A stretch of DNA of 64,000 nucleotides from Bacteroidales bacterium UBA1195 (lineage in GTDB: Bacteria > Bacteroidota > Bacteroidia > Bacteroidales > WCHB1-69): the NCBI GenBank assembly GCA_002309855.1, contig DBYD01000035.1, forward strand, positions 9,054 to 73,053. Reading direction: 5' to 3'. Position 1 is the stretch's first letter. Each line of letters begins with the position of its first letter. The notes beneath the pieces are model-generated. The model worked only from the letters and a program-made list of their open reading frames with translations, made no database searches and was not told the DNA's origin. Of the stretch, positions 46,803 to 56,939 are shown one piece after another. Made by a program: the position numbers and the translations under genes.

Positions 46803-48503
46803 ATGAGAAAGATCATTGAATGTGTGCCGAATTTCAGCGAAGGCCGCGACATGGAAGTCATCCGCCAGATCACGGCGGAAATTGAAAAAGTCAAGGGTGT
46901 GAAACTGCTGGATGTGGATCCGGGCGCAACCACAAACCGGACCGTTGTCACCTTTGTCGGTGAACCGGACGATGTGTGTGAGGCCGCCTTCCAGTGCGTC
47001 AAGAAGGCCAAACAACTGATTGACATGCGTCACCACAAGGGCGACCATCCGCGCTTCGGAGCCACCGACGTATGCCCGCTGGTGCCGGTGGCGGACATCA
47101 CCATGGAAGAGGTGGTGGTGTATGCCAGAAAACTGGCCGAACGCATCGCAAACGAGCTGCACATTCCCATATATTGCTACGAGAACGCCGCCTTCGAGGA
47201 GAAGAGGCGCAACCTGGCCAACTGCCGCCAGGGTGAATACGAGGCGCTGAAGGAGCGCATCGAAAGCCAGGAGTGGAAGCCATGCTTCGGCCCCTGCAAA
47301 TACGACGAGGAGATTGCCCGCTCCGGTGCAACCGCCGTCAGTGCGAGGGAGTTCCTGGTTGCCGTAAACTACAACCTCAACACCACCTCCACCCGCAGGG
47401 CGAACGCCATCGCCTTCGATGTGCGCGAGAAGGGTCGTCCGAAACGTGAGGGCAACCCCATCACCGGAAAGGCCGTCAAGGATGAGAACGGCAACCCTGT
47501 AATGATTCCAGGCACGCTGAAGTCCACCAAGGCCATAGGCTGGTTTATCAAGGAATACGGCATCGCCCAGGTATCGATGAACCTGACCAATATCTCTGTG
47601 ACGCCGCTGCATGTGGCCTTCGAGGAGGTGTGCCGCTGCGCAGCCAACCGCGGCATCCGCGTCACCGGCTGCGAAATCGTGGGGCTTATACCCAAGAAGG
47701 TGCTGATAGAGGCCGCCCGCTTCTACCTGAAAAAGCAGCACCGCTCCCTTGGCATAAGCGAAAGCGAAATGGTGAAAATCGCCGTCAAGTCAATGGGATT
47801 GGACGATCTGAAGCCCTTCAACCCGCAGGAGAAGGTGATCGAATACCTGATTGAAGCTGAAAACAAGGAGGAAAAGTTGGTGGACATGACCTGCACCGCA
47901 TTTGCCGATGAGACCGCATCGGAAAGTCCCGCCCCCGGCGGAGGATCCATCTCCGCATACATGGGCGCACTCGGCGCAGCACTCGGCACGATGGTGGCCA
48001 ACCTTTCCTCCCACAAGCCCGGCTGGGACGAGCGTTGGGAGGAATTCTCAGTATGGGCCGAAAAGGGCGAGGCTCTCAAGAACGAGCTGCTGCATCTGGT
48101 GGACGAGGACACTCGCTCCTTCAACCGCATAATGGACGCTTTCGGGATGCCGAAGAAAAACGATGAGGAGAAGGCGCTCCGCTCCAAAGCCATACAGGAT
48201 GCGACAAAATACGCCATAGAGGTGCCGTTCCACACCATGCAGAAAGCCTTTGAGGTTTTTGAAATCTGCGAGGCAATGGTGGACACCGGCAACCCCAATT
48301 CGGTCTCCGATGCCGGAGTGGGTGCACTCTGCGCCCGTTCCGCCGTAATGGGAGCCTTCCTTAATGTCAAGATCAATGCCTCTTCCTTGAAGGACAAGGC
48401 ATTTGTAGACCAAATCATGGCACAGGCCTCCAAGTTGGAGCAGGATGCACGGGAAAAGGAATCGGAAATTTTGGCAAAAGTGCACCGGGTCATTGAAGGA
48501 TAA
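46803..48503 (+). CDS. ftcD: Glutamate formimidoyltransferase-cyclodeaminase (bifunctional)
   Basis: The N-terminus is IIECVPNFSEGRD, and the cyclodeaminase domain has ASESPAPGGGS. Confidence 0.85.
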   Translation: MRKIIECVPNFSEGRDMEVIRQITAEIEKVKGVKLLDVDPGATTNRTVVTFVGEPDDVCEAAFQCVKKAKQLIDMRHHKGDHPRFGATDVCPLVPVADITMEEVVVYARKLAERIANELHIPIYCYENAAFEEKRRNLANCRQGEYEALKERIESQEWKPCFGPCKYDEEIARSGATAVSAREFLVAVNYNLNTTSTRRANAIAFDVREKGRPKREGNPITGKAVKDENGNPVMIPGTLKSTKAIGWFIKEYGIAQVSMNLTNISVTPLHVAFEEVCRCAANRGIRVTGCEIVGLIPKKVLIEAARFYLKKQHRSLGISESEMVKIAVKSMGLDDLKPFNPQEKVIEYLIEAENKEEKLVDMTCTAFADETASESPAPGGGSISAYMGALGAALGTMVANLSSHKPGWDERWEEFSVWAEKGEALKNELLHLVDEDTRSFNRIMDAFGMPKKNDEEKALRSKAIQDATKYAIEVPFHTMQKAFEVFEICEAMVDTGNPNSVSDAGVGALCARSAVMGAFLNVKINASSLKDKAFVDQIMAQASKLEQDAREKESEILAKVHRVIEG

Positions 48504-48519
48504 TCGCAACATTTCCCGC

Positions 48520-49299
48520 ATGAACATTTTCAGGAGACTGCTTTTCGGATGCCTGCTGCTTACGGGTGCGTTCACCGCATCCGCCCAACTCCAGATGCGG
48601 GTCACAAAGACCGATTCCGCCGGTTTGATGGTATACTTGGCCGCCAACTACGGCTATGCCATCCCGCTGGCCGACCTGCGCAATGAGACCACCAACATTA
48701 TGAGCGTAGGGGCGGACTTATGCCTGAAAACAAAATCCAACTGGAGTTTTGAAACCGGATTCAACTACCATTTCTCCGGCAAGGTCAAAGGAACGGACTC
48801 CCTGTTCAGATTGATCACCAACAGTATCGGCTCCATAATGGACGGGGACGGACAACCGGCTGACATTGATGTGGACCAGAGAATGTGGGACATGCGGCTT
48901 GCAGCAGGGAAAATATTCCCAATCAGTCCATACCGCCGCAATGCCGGCATTCAGGTCAAAATCGGTGGCGGATACAGCCAACGCTACATCTATATAAAGA
49001 ACCCGGACAACCGCGTGGCGGCCCTGAGCGGCGAATACAAAAAAGGATACGACCGGCTTACGGGTGGATTCAGCCTCTACCAGTTTTTAGGATACGTGCA
49101 TTTGTCCAAGAGCCAGTACACCTGCTTCTATATCGGAATGGAGGCGACGGAGTGTTTCTCAAAACGGCTGCGTGAATGGGATTTTTCGCTGATGGGCAAG
49201 GACGAACGCTCCTTTACGGATGTGTTGGTCGGCCTCAAGGCAGGATGGATCATTCCACTTTATAAGAAAGAATATCAGGACGCCTATTATTTCAGATAA
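48520..49299 (+). CDS. Hypothetical outer-membrane beta-barrel protein
   Basis: It has a signal peptide (MNIFRRLLFGCLLLTGAFTASAQ), alternating beta-strand pattern and an aromatic C-terminus (..DAYYFR). Confidence 0.4.
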   Translation: MNIFRRLLFGCLLLTGAFTASAQLQMRVTKTDSAGLMVYLAANYGYAIPLADLRNETTNIMSVGADLCLKTKSNWSFETGFNYHFSGKVKGTDSLFRLITNSIGSIMDGDGQPADIDVDQRMWDMRLAAGKIFPISPYRRNAGIQVKIGGGYSQRYIYIKNPDNRVAALSGEYKKGYDRLTGGFSLYQFLGYVHLSKSQYTCFYIGMEATECFSKRLREWDFSLMGKDERSFTDVLVGLKAGWIIPLYKKEYQDAYYFR

Positions 49300-50573
49300 T
49301 GAAGTGGCTTTATAACATCGGTATTTTCCTGTACGGACTAGGCATCCATATTTCCGCCATAACCAACGACAAGGCCAAATCATGGAAACTGGGACGGCAA
49401 TACATCTTTGCCGCACTGCGGCTGCAAATCAAGAAGCACGATCGCATCATTTGGGTACACTGCGCCTCATACGGCGAATTTGAACAGGGGAAACCGCTCA
49501 TTGAGAAAATCAAACAGGACTGGCCGGAATACAAGGTGCTGCTGACATTTTTCTCCCCTTCCGGCTACAAGCATTTCCACAACTACAACAAGGCCGACTA
49601 TATTTTCTACCTGCCGTTGGACCGTCCGTACAACGCCAGACGTTTTCTGGACATTGTGCATCCACAATACATATTCTTTATCAAGTATGAGTATTGGTTC
49701 AACTATATCCGGGAGGCCTACCGGCGGAAAATCCCATTTTATGTGGTGTCGGCCATTTTCCGTCCGGAGCAGTACTTCTTCCGTTTTTACGCGAAATGGT
49801 TCCTCAAGCAGCTGCGCAAAATCACTTTCCTATTTGTTCAGAACGAGGATTCGAGGCACCTGCTACAGCACCACAACATAATGCAGTGCGAAGTCTATGG
49901 CGACACCCGTTTCGACACTGTGCTGGAGACGGTGCGGGAGGTGCAGGAAAATGAGATTGTCCGCCGTTTCAGTGAGGGCCGCCGCGTAATCATCGCCGGC
50001 AGCACATGGGAACCGGACGAGAAAATCCTGCATGCGCTTATGACCACCACAAACTACTCCCTGATTCTCACACCACATGAAGTCCGGCCATCCCGACTGC
50101 AATCCATCGACAGGATGTTTCATGACATCGAACACATCACCTATTCTGATGCCTTAGCCCGGGACAAACGTGATTTTTCAGGCATCCGCCTGTTAGTGAT
50201 TGATACAGTGGGGCTGTTGAAAACGCTTTATCCTTACGCCCAAGTGGCCTACATCGGCGGAGGTTTCGGACGGGGCATACACAACACCCTTGAGGCTGCC
50301 ACCTTTGGTCTGCCAATCATTTTCGGCCCCAAATACGGTCATTTCAGGGAGGCCTGCGACCTCGTGGACTGGGGCGGCGCCTTCTGCGTTCACGACGAAA
50401 CAGAACTGCAGGAGACTTTCCATAAGCTCACTGCGGACGAAAACCATTTGCAAAAAAGCGGACAAATATGCCGGAAATATGTAACACGTCACACCGGCAT
50501 CAGCGAACGGATACTGAAACGGGCCATCGGTGCACCGTCCGAAGAAGCCAAAACCCTTCAACCCCCGACCTGA
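49299..50573 (+). CDS. waaA: 3-deoxy-D-manno-octulosonic acid (Kdo) transferase
   Basis: It has IWVHCASYGEFEQGKPLIE and a GT30 C-terminal GGSF/GHN-like region (YIGGGFGRGIHNTLEAA). Confidence 0.85.
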   Translation: MKWLYNIGIFLYGLGIHISAITNDKAKSWKLGRQYIFAALRLQIKKHDRIIWVHCASYGEFEQGKPLIEKIKQDWPEYKVLLTFFSPSGYKHFHNYNKADYIFYLPLDRPYNARRFLDIVHPQYIFFIKYEYWFNYIREAYRRKIPFYVVSAIFRPEQYFFRFYAKWFLKQLRKITFLFVQNEDSRHLLQHHNIMQCEVYGDTRFDTVLETVREVQENEIVRRFSEGRRVIIAGSTWEPDEKILHALMTTTNYSLILTPHEVRPSRLQSIDRMFHDIEHITYSDALARDKRDFSGIRLLVIDTVGLLKTLYPYAQVAYIGGGFGRGIHNTLEAATFGLPIIFGPKYGHFREACDLVDWGGAFCVHDETELQETFHKLTADENHLQKSGQICRKYVTRHTGISERILKRAIGAPSEEAKTLQPPT

Positions 50574-50595
50574 ACGGAACATCCGCCACCACTCT

Positions 50596-52458
50596 TCAGT
50601 GACAATACCATTTGTAAAGATGCTGAAGATAGGCCTTGCTCTCCCTCTCCACCACCTTGTACTGCAAACTGTCCCCATACCAGGTGCCGCGCCATCCCTC
50701 ACCTGTCTGCTCACCAACATAGGCGGCCTGCGGACGTATCCAGCCTGAACCGGTATAAGACTCAAAATAGGCAAACTGCGGTGCGAAAGACTGGAACATG
50801 TCCTTTCCCCAGCAATATGCGGAGGCATCCAGGCCAAGCTGGCACAGCAGCGAAGCGGCCACATCAACCTGCGACACCACACGGTCGCATTTTTTCCCGC
50901 GAAGGGAATCTGGCAGCACCTCCCCGTAAAGCAGGCAGGGAACATGCTGGTATTCCGGAGTGAGGTTCCGTGTCCCCAGATGGGTCGGATGGCTATGGTC
51001 GCCCATAATCACAAACAATGTGTTCGGATACCAGGGTTCCATCCGGACTGCCTCGAAATAACGGCCCAGAAAATAGTCACAATAGCGGACAGAATTCAGG
51101 AATGGCGTTTCCTCATGCCGGATAGGAACCTCCCCCACCTCGCGGAGCCGTGGCTGGTCGTAGGGACTATGGGAACTCAAGGTGAAAAGCACGCTCATGA
51201 AAGGTTCCCGCTCCGAGTTCAAAGCAGCATGGTGTATGTCGAAAAGATACTGGTCATGGATGCCTAATTTGCCACGCGGCAGCCTGCGGTCCAAGTCCTT
51301 CTCCTCCACCATCCGCTCAAAACCACAATGCAGCAGATAGGAGCGGATGTTGCCGTAATCCAGATTTCCGCCGAAATAGAATGAGGTGTGGTATCCGGCC
51401 CTCTTCAAGTCGGCGGCAAGGGATGGCAACCGGCTGTATTTGGAGAAATCATCCGTAATGTCATACATTGGAAGCGGCGGGAAACCGCTGAAAAGACTGG
51501 CCATAGCCTGCTGCGAGCGGTGTCCGTTGGAATAAAAACGGGTAAAGAGCATCCCATCCGCCTCAAGTCCGTGGAAACAATCCGCCACCCCCTGTGTGCC
51601 GGAAAGGCTTTCAATCAGGTCGGCCGACCAACTTTCCAACAAAATGAAGACAACATTCACCCTCTTTCCGCCCCATAGTGAGACGGGCGTCCCATTTTCC
51701 GCTTCCCGCACCTGCGCCACCAAGGCTTCCGCTTCGGAATCATCCATGAAACGGTAACGGTTGGGATCAACATCACCGAAATCGTAAAAACTGCAGATCA
51801 GATTCCAGGTGGGGTTAACCGCCGCATCGTTCAGCATCGTGCAGGTGGAATAATAGGCGGCGCTCTGCGTGATGGGTATGGCGTTGAAACCGCCACGCAT
51901 CCCGACAAAGCAAAGTGTACCTGAAAAAAGCAGTGCAAGCGGAGACCAAAGCCAGCGCCGGCGCACCGGCACCACCGCCGGACGTGACACCAGACGACGG
52001 TATATCAGGAAAAAACCACCCACCATAAGCACTATAGCCAACAGCGAAAAAAACAGCTGCCCTCCGGTGGCGGTCCGCACAATCTCCATCGGACGGCGCA
52101 GGTAGAGCAATATCTTGTAGTTCAATTTTGAAAGCCATTCACCATATACAGCAATCTCCCCCATCTGCACCAAACTGCAGACCAGCATGGCTAACAGCAT
52201 GAAACCATCCAGAACTATCCGCAGCCAACGGCTACGGAAACATAGCGAAAGGGAAAGCAGGATAACCGGCAGAACAAGCAGATAGCAGGCTGTGGAGACA
52301 TCCAACCGAAGGGCATGCAGGAAACAGGCTGCAACCTCACCAAAAGACACACCGGCAGCCATGCCGTGATAGACCAGCAGAAAAATCAGCCGTCCCACGA
52401 AGAAAAAGCATAGCCAGAAAAGGAGCAGCTTGCCTAAGGTGAGCAGATATAATTTCAT
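50596..52458 (-). CDS. LTA-synthase/sulfatase-family membrane protein (phosphoglycerol or phosphoethanolamine transferase-like)
   Basis: It has 5 N-terminal TM helices. The alkaline-phosphatase-superfamily domain carries VVFILLESWSAD and IMGDHSH. Confidence 0.7.
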   Translation of the reverse strand: MKLYLLTLGKLLLFWLCFFFVGRLIFLLVYHGMAAGVSFGEVAACFLHALRLDVSTACYLLVLPVILLSLSLCFRSRWLRIVLDGFMLLAMLVCSLVQMGEIAVYGEWLSKLNYKILLYLRRPMEIVRTATGGQLFFSLLAIVLMVGGFFLIYRRLVSRPAVVPVRRRWLWSPLALLFSGTLCFVGMRGGFNAIPITQSAAYYSTCTMLNDAAVNPTWNLICSFYDFGDVDPNRYRFMDDSEAEALVAQVREAENGTPVSLWGGKRVNVVFILLESWSADLIESLSGTQGVADCFHGLEADGMLFTRFYSNGHRSQQAMASLFSGFPPLPMYDITDDFSKYSRLPSLAADLKRAGYHTSFYFGGNLDYGNIRSYLLHCGFERMVEEKDLDRRLPRGKLGIHDQYLFDIHHAALNSEREPFMSVLFTLSSHSPYDQPRLREVGEVPIRHEETPFLNSVRYCDYFLGRYFEAVRMEPWYPNTLFVIMGDHSHPTHLGTRNLTPEYQHVPCLLYGEVLPDSLRGKKCDRVVSQVDVAASLLCQLGLDASAYCWGKDMFQSFAPQFAYFESYTGSGWIRPQAAYVGEQTGEGWRGTWYGDSLQYKVVERESKAYLQHLYKWYCH

Positions 52459-52462
52459 GGCA

Positions 52463-54586
52463 CTACAGCAGACCTCGCTTGCGCAACAGCGGAGTTATGG
52501 TCGGGTCCTGACCACGGAACCGTCTGTACAGCAGTGCAGGATCCTCAGTAAATCCCTTCTCAAGGATGTTTTTGCGGAACGAAGCGGCCACCTCCCGATT
52601 GAAGATTCCCTTCTCCTTGAACAACTCAAAGGCATCGGCATCCAGAACGGCGGACCAAGTGTAACTGTAATAGCCGGCAGAATAACCGGAAGCGGAGGCG
52701 AAAATATGCTGGAAATACTGGCTGTGGTAACGGGATATGATGGCAGAAGGCAATCCGTACCGATTCATCTGATCCGCCTCAAACGCAGACGGATCCAACT
52801 TTTCATCCACCTTTGGCAACGTATGGTAGTCCATGTCCAGCAGGGAGGCGGCAATCAGCTCGGTGTTCATGAAGCCCTGCCCATAGGTGGCTGCGGCTTG
52901 TATCTTGGAAACCAGCTTTTCAGGAATTGTGTCACCCGTCAGGTAGTGTCGGGCATACAGCCGCATCATTTCCGGATGGGATGCCCAGTTCTCCATCACC
53001 TGCGAGGGCAGCTCCACAAAATCGCGAGGCACATTGGTGCCGGCCAAAGAACGGTAATGGCAATGGCTCAACAGTCCGTGCAGGCTGTGGCCAAATTCAT
53101 GGAAGAAGGTTTCAGCCTCATCGAAATTCAGCAGGGAGGGCTGATCCCCGACCGGATGCGGAAAATTGAATACCAGCGAAATGACTGGTAGAACCGGTCG
53201 TCCGTCCTCCATCTCGCACTGACTGCGGAACTCTGTCATCCAGGCACCGCTACGCTTGCTTTCGCGGGTAAAATAGTCCAGATAGAGCACCCCAATCACG
53301 CTATCGGCATCATAAACCTCATAGGCCACAGCATCCGGATGATAAACCGGAATGTCCTTGTTGGGCTTGAAGGTCAAGCCGTACAAACGGTTGGCAAGCA
53401 TGAAGACTCCATCGCGCACATGCTCCAACTGGAAATAGGGACGGATTTCCTCGTCACTCAAATCATATTTAGCCTTCCGCACCTTTTCGGCATAATAGCG
53501 CCAGTCCCAAGGCTGCAGGTCAAAGCTCCCACCCTCCATGCGGATTAGCTGACGGTACTCCGACGCCTCTTCCGACGCCTTCCGCAATGCCGGTTTCCAG
53601 ACCTGCATAAGCAGTTTGTATACCGCCTCCGGCGTTTTGGCCATGCAGTCATCCAGCACATAGTCCGCGTGGGTGCGGTAGCCGAGCAGCTGCGCACGTT
53701 CCGCACGCAAAGCCACAATCTGCCTGATGATACCGTTGTTGTCAAAGGTGTCACCATCGCAACGATGCGCATAGGCTTCCCAAATCTCCTGCCTCTTTTC
53801 GCGATTTTCCGCATACTGTAGGAAAGGCATCAGACTGGGGTTATGCAGGGTGAAGACCCATTTCCCCTTAGTTTCCGGCTTTTCGTCCGCAAGCGCGGAG
53901 GCGGCCTTAACCAGAGAGGCGGGCAGCCCCTTCAGTTCGGACTTGTTGTCAATCACCATCTGGTATGCGTTGGTTGCTGCCAGCACGTTGTTGCCAAACT
54001 TGAGCGTAAGAGTGGAAAGCTGCTCGTTTATGGCGCGGAAACGTTCCTGCTTCTCCAAAGGAAGAGCGGCACCTCCTCGCACAAAGCCCTTGTAGGTTTC
54101 CTCCAGCAGCCGCAAACGTTCCCCTTCCAAGTCAAGCCGTTCCCGCATGTCGTACACAGCCTTGACCCGTTTGAACAGAGCCTCGTTCAGGTTAATATCG
54201 TCACTGTGTGCGGAAAGCTTCGGGCTGATGCGTTCGGCGATGTCGTTCATCTCCTTGCTGTTGTTGGTCTCGCACATGTTGAAGAAGACCGCACTGACCT
54301 CGTTAAGCAGTTCGCCGCTGTACTCCAATGCCTCAATAGTGTTTTCAAAGGTGGGTTCCTGCGGATTGGAGGTGATGGCGTTCACCTCCTGTTTCTGCTG
54401 CCGCATACCCTCCTCAAAGGCAGGAATGAAGTGTTCGGGCCTAAGCCTGTCGAACGCCGGCACACCGTATGGGGTCTCCGGCTTGGAAAAAAACGGGTTG
54501 TCCATATCAAGGTTATTTTCTTTTTTCTGATGGTGGCAGGAAACCAGCAGGCACGCCACCATCGCAAACAACAATTTATTATTCAT
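52463..54586 (-). CDS. dcp: M3-family peptidyl-dipeptidase Dcp
   Basis: It has HEFGHSLH with a downstream E, and the length and overall pattern of Dcp/oligopeptidase A. It has a lipoprotein-like signal (LLVSCHH). Confidence 0.85.
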   Translation of the reverse strand: MNNKLLFAMVACLLVSCHHQKKENNLDMDNPFFSKPETPYGVPAFDRLRPEHFIPAFEEGMRQQKQEVNAITSNPQEPTFENTIEALEYSGELLNEVSAVFFNMCETNNSKEMNDIAERISPKLSAHSDDINLNEALFKRVKAVYDMRERLDLEGERLRLLEETYKGFVRGGAALPLEKQERFRAINEQLSTLTLKFGNNVLAATNAYQMVIDNKSELKGLPASLVKAASALADEKPETKGKWVFTLHNPSLMPFLQYAENREKRQEIWEAYAHRCDGDTFDNNGIIRQIVALRAERAQLLGYRTHADYVLDDCMAKTPEAVYKLLMQVWKPALRKASEEASEYRQLIRMEGGSFDLQPWDWRYYAEKVRKAKYDLSDEEIRPYFQLEHVRDGVFMLANRLYGLTFKPNKDIPVYHPDAVAYEVYDADSVIGVLYLDYFTRESKRSGAWMTEFRSQCEMEDGRPVLPVISLVFNFPHPVGDQPSLLNFDEAETFFHEFGHSLHGLLSHCHYRSLAGTNVPRDFVELPSQVMENWASHPEMMRLYARHYLTGDTIPEKLVSKIQAAATYGQGFMNTELIAASLLDMDYHTLPKVDEKLDPSAFEADQMNRYGLPSAIISRYHSQYFQHIFASASGYSAGYYSYTWSAVLDADAFELFKEKGIFNREVAASFRKNILEKGFTEDPALLYRRFRGQDPTITPLLRKRGLL

Positions 54587-54594
54587 ATCCCAAA

Positions 54595-54678
54595 CTATTA
54601 ACTATCAACTTTCAACTATCAACTATCAACTTTCAACTTTCAACTTTCAACTATTAACTATCAACTATCAACTATCAA
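54595..54678. repeat. Heptanucleotide tandem repeat, 12 units of CTWTYAA (CTATCAA/CTTTCAA/CTATTAA)
   Basis: Read directly from the sequence. It fills the whole intergenic space between the LRR-protein stop (54679) and 9 nt upstream of the dcp ATG. Confidence 0.95.
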
Positions 54679-56340
54679 CTAATCCTTCACCACCTTCACC
54701 GTATTACGCCCAGCCCGGACAAAGTACATCCCCTTCGCCCAACCGGCAATATTAATCTGAAAATTTTCTGTAGCGGCATTCTCCGCACGATATATTTCGC
54801 GGCCTGTGAGGTCGTACACTGTGACCCGTCCGCCGTTTATTCCAGCCAGATACAGCACTGTACGTGCCGGATTTGGCCATACCTGCAACGAGGTTTCATC
54901 CAGGACATTCCTCACCGACAGTGTCGTACAGTCGAAAGTGCCTGAGGTGGCAGGGATAAAAATATCCTGCGTAGGGGAATAGGCGTAGCAGACACTCCAG
55001 CCCTTGTCCTTGGCATTTTCAGCATTGGAGGCCATGAATGCCATGCTGTTGGAGTCTGAGGGAGCTGATAGCGGGACAAAAAAACCGTAGGCCTGCTCCG
55101 GCAACGAACACATCAGCGCATCAAATGCCGCTGTGGAAAAGGCATTGCCATAACAATCCAACCTCTCCAGCTTAGGATTGTTTTTCACATCCAATGCGGT
55201 AATACCTGAACCATTGTCACTGCAGATGAATTCTTGGACATCACCATACACAATCACCTCCTCGCTCCGGGTGGTGAAGGTGACCCTGGTTATGGGGGAG
55301 GCCGCCTTTGAACCGACCGCCAACAAAGTGTCCCATGATCCGGAGACTATCCGCACCATGTCATATTGGTTCGCCGCCCAGAAGGAAAGGGTGATTTCCG
55401 CCCGGTTTCTGACGCCAAGTTTCATGCTGCAGTCCATGTTCAGCCCACAGTAATAATTGCCCTTGGTCTCAATCACATCTGACCCGGTAAAAGGTAAGAC
55501 ACCCCATCCCTTTTTCCGTGCATTGGCTGCATTGGCTGACTTAAATTTGATGGAATTGGTGTCCTTAGTATCCAGCAACGGACAAAACACGGCAAAATCT
55601 TCCGATTTACGTTCCGGCAACGTGCACATCATCTGGTCGTAAGCGGAGGTGGAAAAGTCGTTTGCATGGCAATAAACTGAAGTCAGTTTGTCATTAACAC
55701 GAAAATCCAGTGAAGTGAGCCTGTTCACAAAACAATATATGGAGTTCAGATTGGGATTCCGGCTCAAATCCAATGAGGTAAGGCTGTTATATGCACAAAC
55801 CAACGCCTTCAAGTCATTATTACAGCGCAGATTCAATGTGGAAAGCCAATTATGGTCGCACTCCAAAATAACCAGAGACGGGTTATAGCTCACATCCAAT
55901 TCTTGAAGATTGTTGCCACTACATGACAACCACTTCAGCCGGTTATTATTTCGCACATCCAACTGATAGAGGTTGTTGTAACTGCAGTTCAGGTAAGTCA
56001 GGTCAGGATTTTGGCTTACATCCAAGTGGATTATTTTGCTGAAATTCGAATCACATCTGAACTGTGTGATGTCACCATAAATTGTCAGCTCACAAGGGAT
56101 TGTGTCACCATCCAAAGCGATTTTAAAAAAATGTAACGCCGTATCCCGACACAAAATAACGGTATCAATGTCACCCGTTTCGAACCGAATCGGCGTAGAA
56201 GGAGATTTGACCGCACATCCGACCCTGATGGTCTGATTATACCCCCTGATGACAATGTAGCGGTTCATGTTCTGTGCCCAAGCGGCTGAAAAAATGCTGC
56301 TAACAATCAGCAAACCAAAGAATATTCTTTTGAGACCCAT
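54679..56340 (-). CDS. Leucine-rich-repeat surface protein with T9SS C-terminal sorting domain
   Basis: It has a signal peptide and repeated LDVSxNPxLxxLxCxxNxL units. There is an internal module duplication (..FSTSAYDQMMCTLPE / ..FSTAAFDALMCSLPE). The C-terminus is VWPNPARTVLYL...YFVRAGRNTVKVVKD. Confidence 0.8.
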   Translation of the reverse strand: MGLKRIFFGLLIVSSIFSAAWAQNMNRYIVIRGYNQTIRVGCAVKSPSTPIRFETGDIDTVILCRDTALHFFKIALDGDTIPCELTIYGDITQFRCDSNFSKIIHLDVSQNPDLTYLNCSYNNLYQLDVRNNNRLKWLSCSGNNLQELDVSYNPSLVILECDHNWLSTLNLRCNNDLKALVCAYNSLTSLDLSRNPNLNSIYCFVNRLTSLDFRVNDKLTSVYCHANDFSTSAYDQMMCTLPERKSEDFAVFCPLLDTKDTNSIKFKSANAANARKKGWGVLPFTGSDVIETKGNYYCGLNMDCSMKLGVRNRAEITLSFWAANQYDMVRIVSGSWDTLLAVGSKAASPITRVTFTTRSEEVIVYGDVQEFICSDNGSGITALDVKNNPKLERLDCYGNAFSTAAFDALMCSLPEQAYGFFVPLSAPSDSNSMAFMASNAENAKDKGWSVCYAYSPTQDIFIPATSGTFDCTTLSVRNVLDETSLQVWPNPARTVLYLAGINGGRVTVYDLTGREIYRAENAATENFQINIAGWAKGMYFVRAGRNTVKVVKD

Positions 56341-56438
56341 AACTGTTTTTTAATAGTCCTATTGTATTTTATTATTTTGCAAAAATACAAATAAAACTGA
56401 CATCGCACCCATACATGGTCAAAAAAACAACCATTTCA

Positions 56439-56939
56439 CTACAGCAGTGCCAACGCGATGTGTGCGCAGGCCTCCGCATCGGCAAGCGCGTGATGGTGGT
56501 TCTCAAGGTTATAGCCGCAAGCGGCGGCGACTGTGTGCAGCTGGTGGTTCGGCAGCAGGCGTCCGAAATGGCGGCGCGAGGCGCGGCAGGTGCAATAAAA
56601 TTTGTAATCAGGATAGTCCATCTGATAGACCCTGAACACAGCTTTCAGGCAACCCTCGTCAAAGGGGCTGTTGTGCGCCACTAACGGCAGCCCCTCTATC
56701 AACGGCTCAATCTGCCGCCAAACGTACGGGAACACCGGCGCGTTGTCGGTATCCTCATGCGACAGGCCGTGCACCTGCTGGCAGAACCAGGCGTAATAAT
56801 TGGGTTCGGGCTGTATCAGGCTGTAGAATGTGTCGGTGACAATGCCGTTGCGCACAACAACGATGCCAACGCTGCACACGCTGCACGGATTCCCGTTGGC
56901 CGTCTCGAAATCTATCGCTGCGAAATTGTTCAGCATCAT
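56439..56939 (-). CDS. DEDDh 3'-5' exonuclease (DnaQ/Pol III epsilon-like)
   Basis: The motifs are ExoI AIDFETAN, ExoII VAHNSPFDEGCL and ExoIII HHALADAEAC. It is translationally coupled to the WYL gene by a 4-nt overlap. Confidence 0.85.
   Translation of the reverse strand: MMLNNFAAIDFETANGNPCSVCSVGIVVVRNGIVTDTFYSLIQPEPNYYAWFCQQVHGLSHEDTDNAPVFPYVWRQIEPLIEGLPLVAHNSPFDEGCLKAVFRVYQMDYPDYKFYCTCRASRRHFGRLLPNHQLHTVAAACGYNLENHHHALADAEACAHIALALL

Noticed and set aside
14477-54601. Long ORFs antisense to host genes. Examples are 14477..14986(+), 16500..17387(+), 19024..20148(+), 27468..28343(-), 31718..32602(+), 33368..34690(+), 36337..37620(+), 46779..47741(-), 47723..48493(-), 50193..50945(-), 52430..53191(+) and 53843..54601(+).
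   Set aside because: Each is completely overlapped by a motif-rich, confidently identified gene on the other strand. Their compositions are low-complexity mirror images.
54595-54678. The tandem repeat as a CRISPR array or coding repeat.
   Set aside because: The unit is only 7 bp with no spacers. The array is intergenic and not a multiple-of-3 coding repeat.
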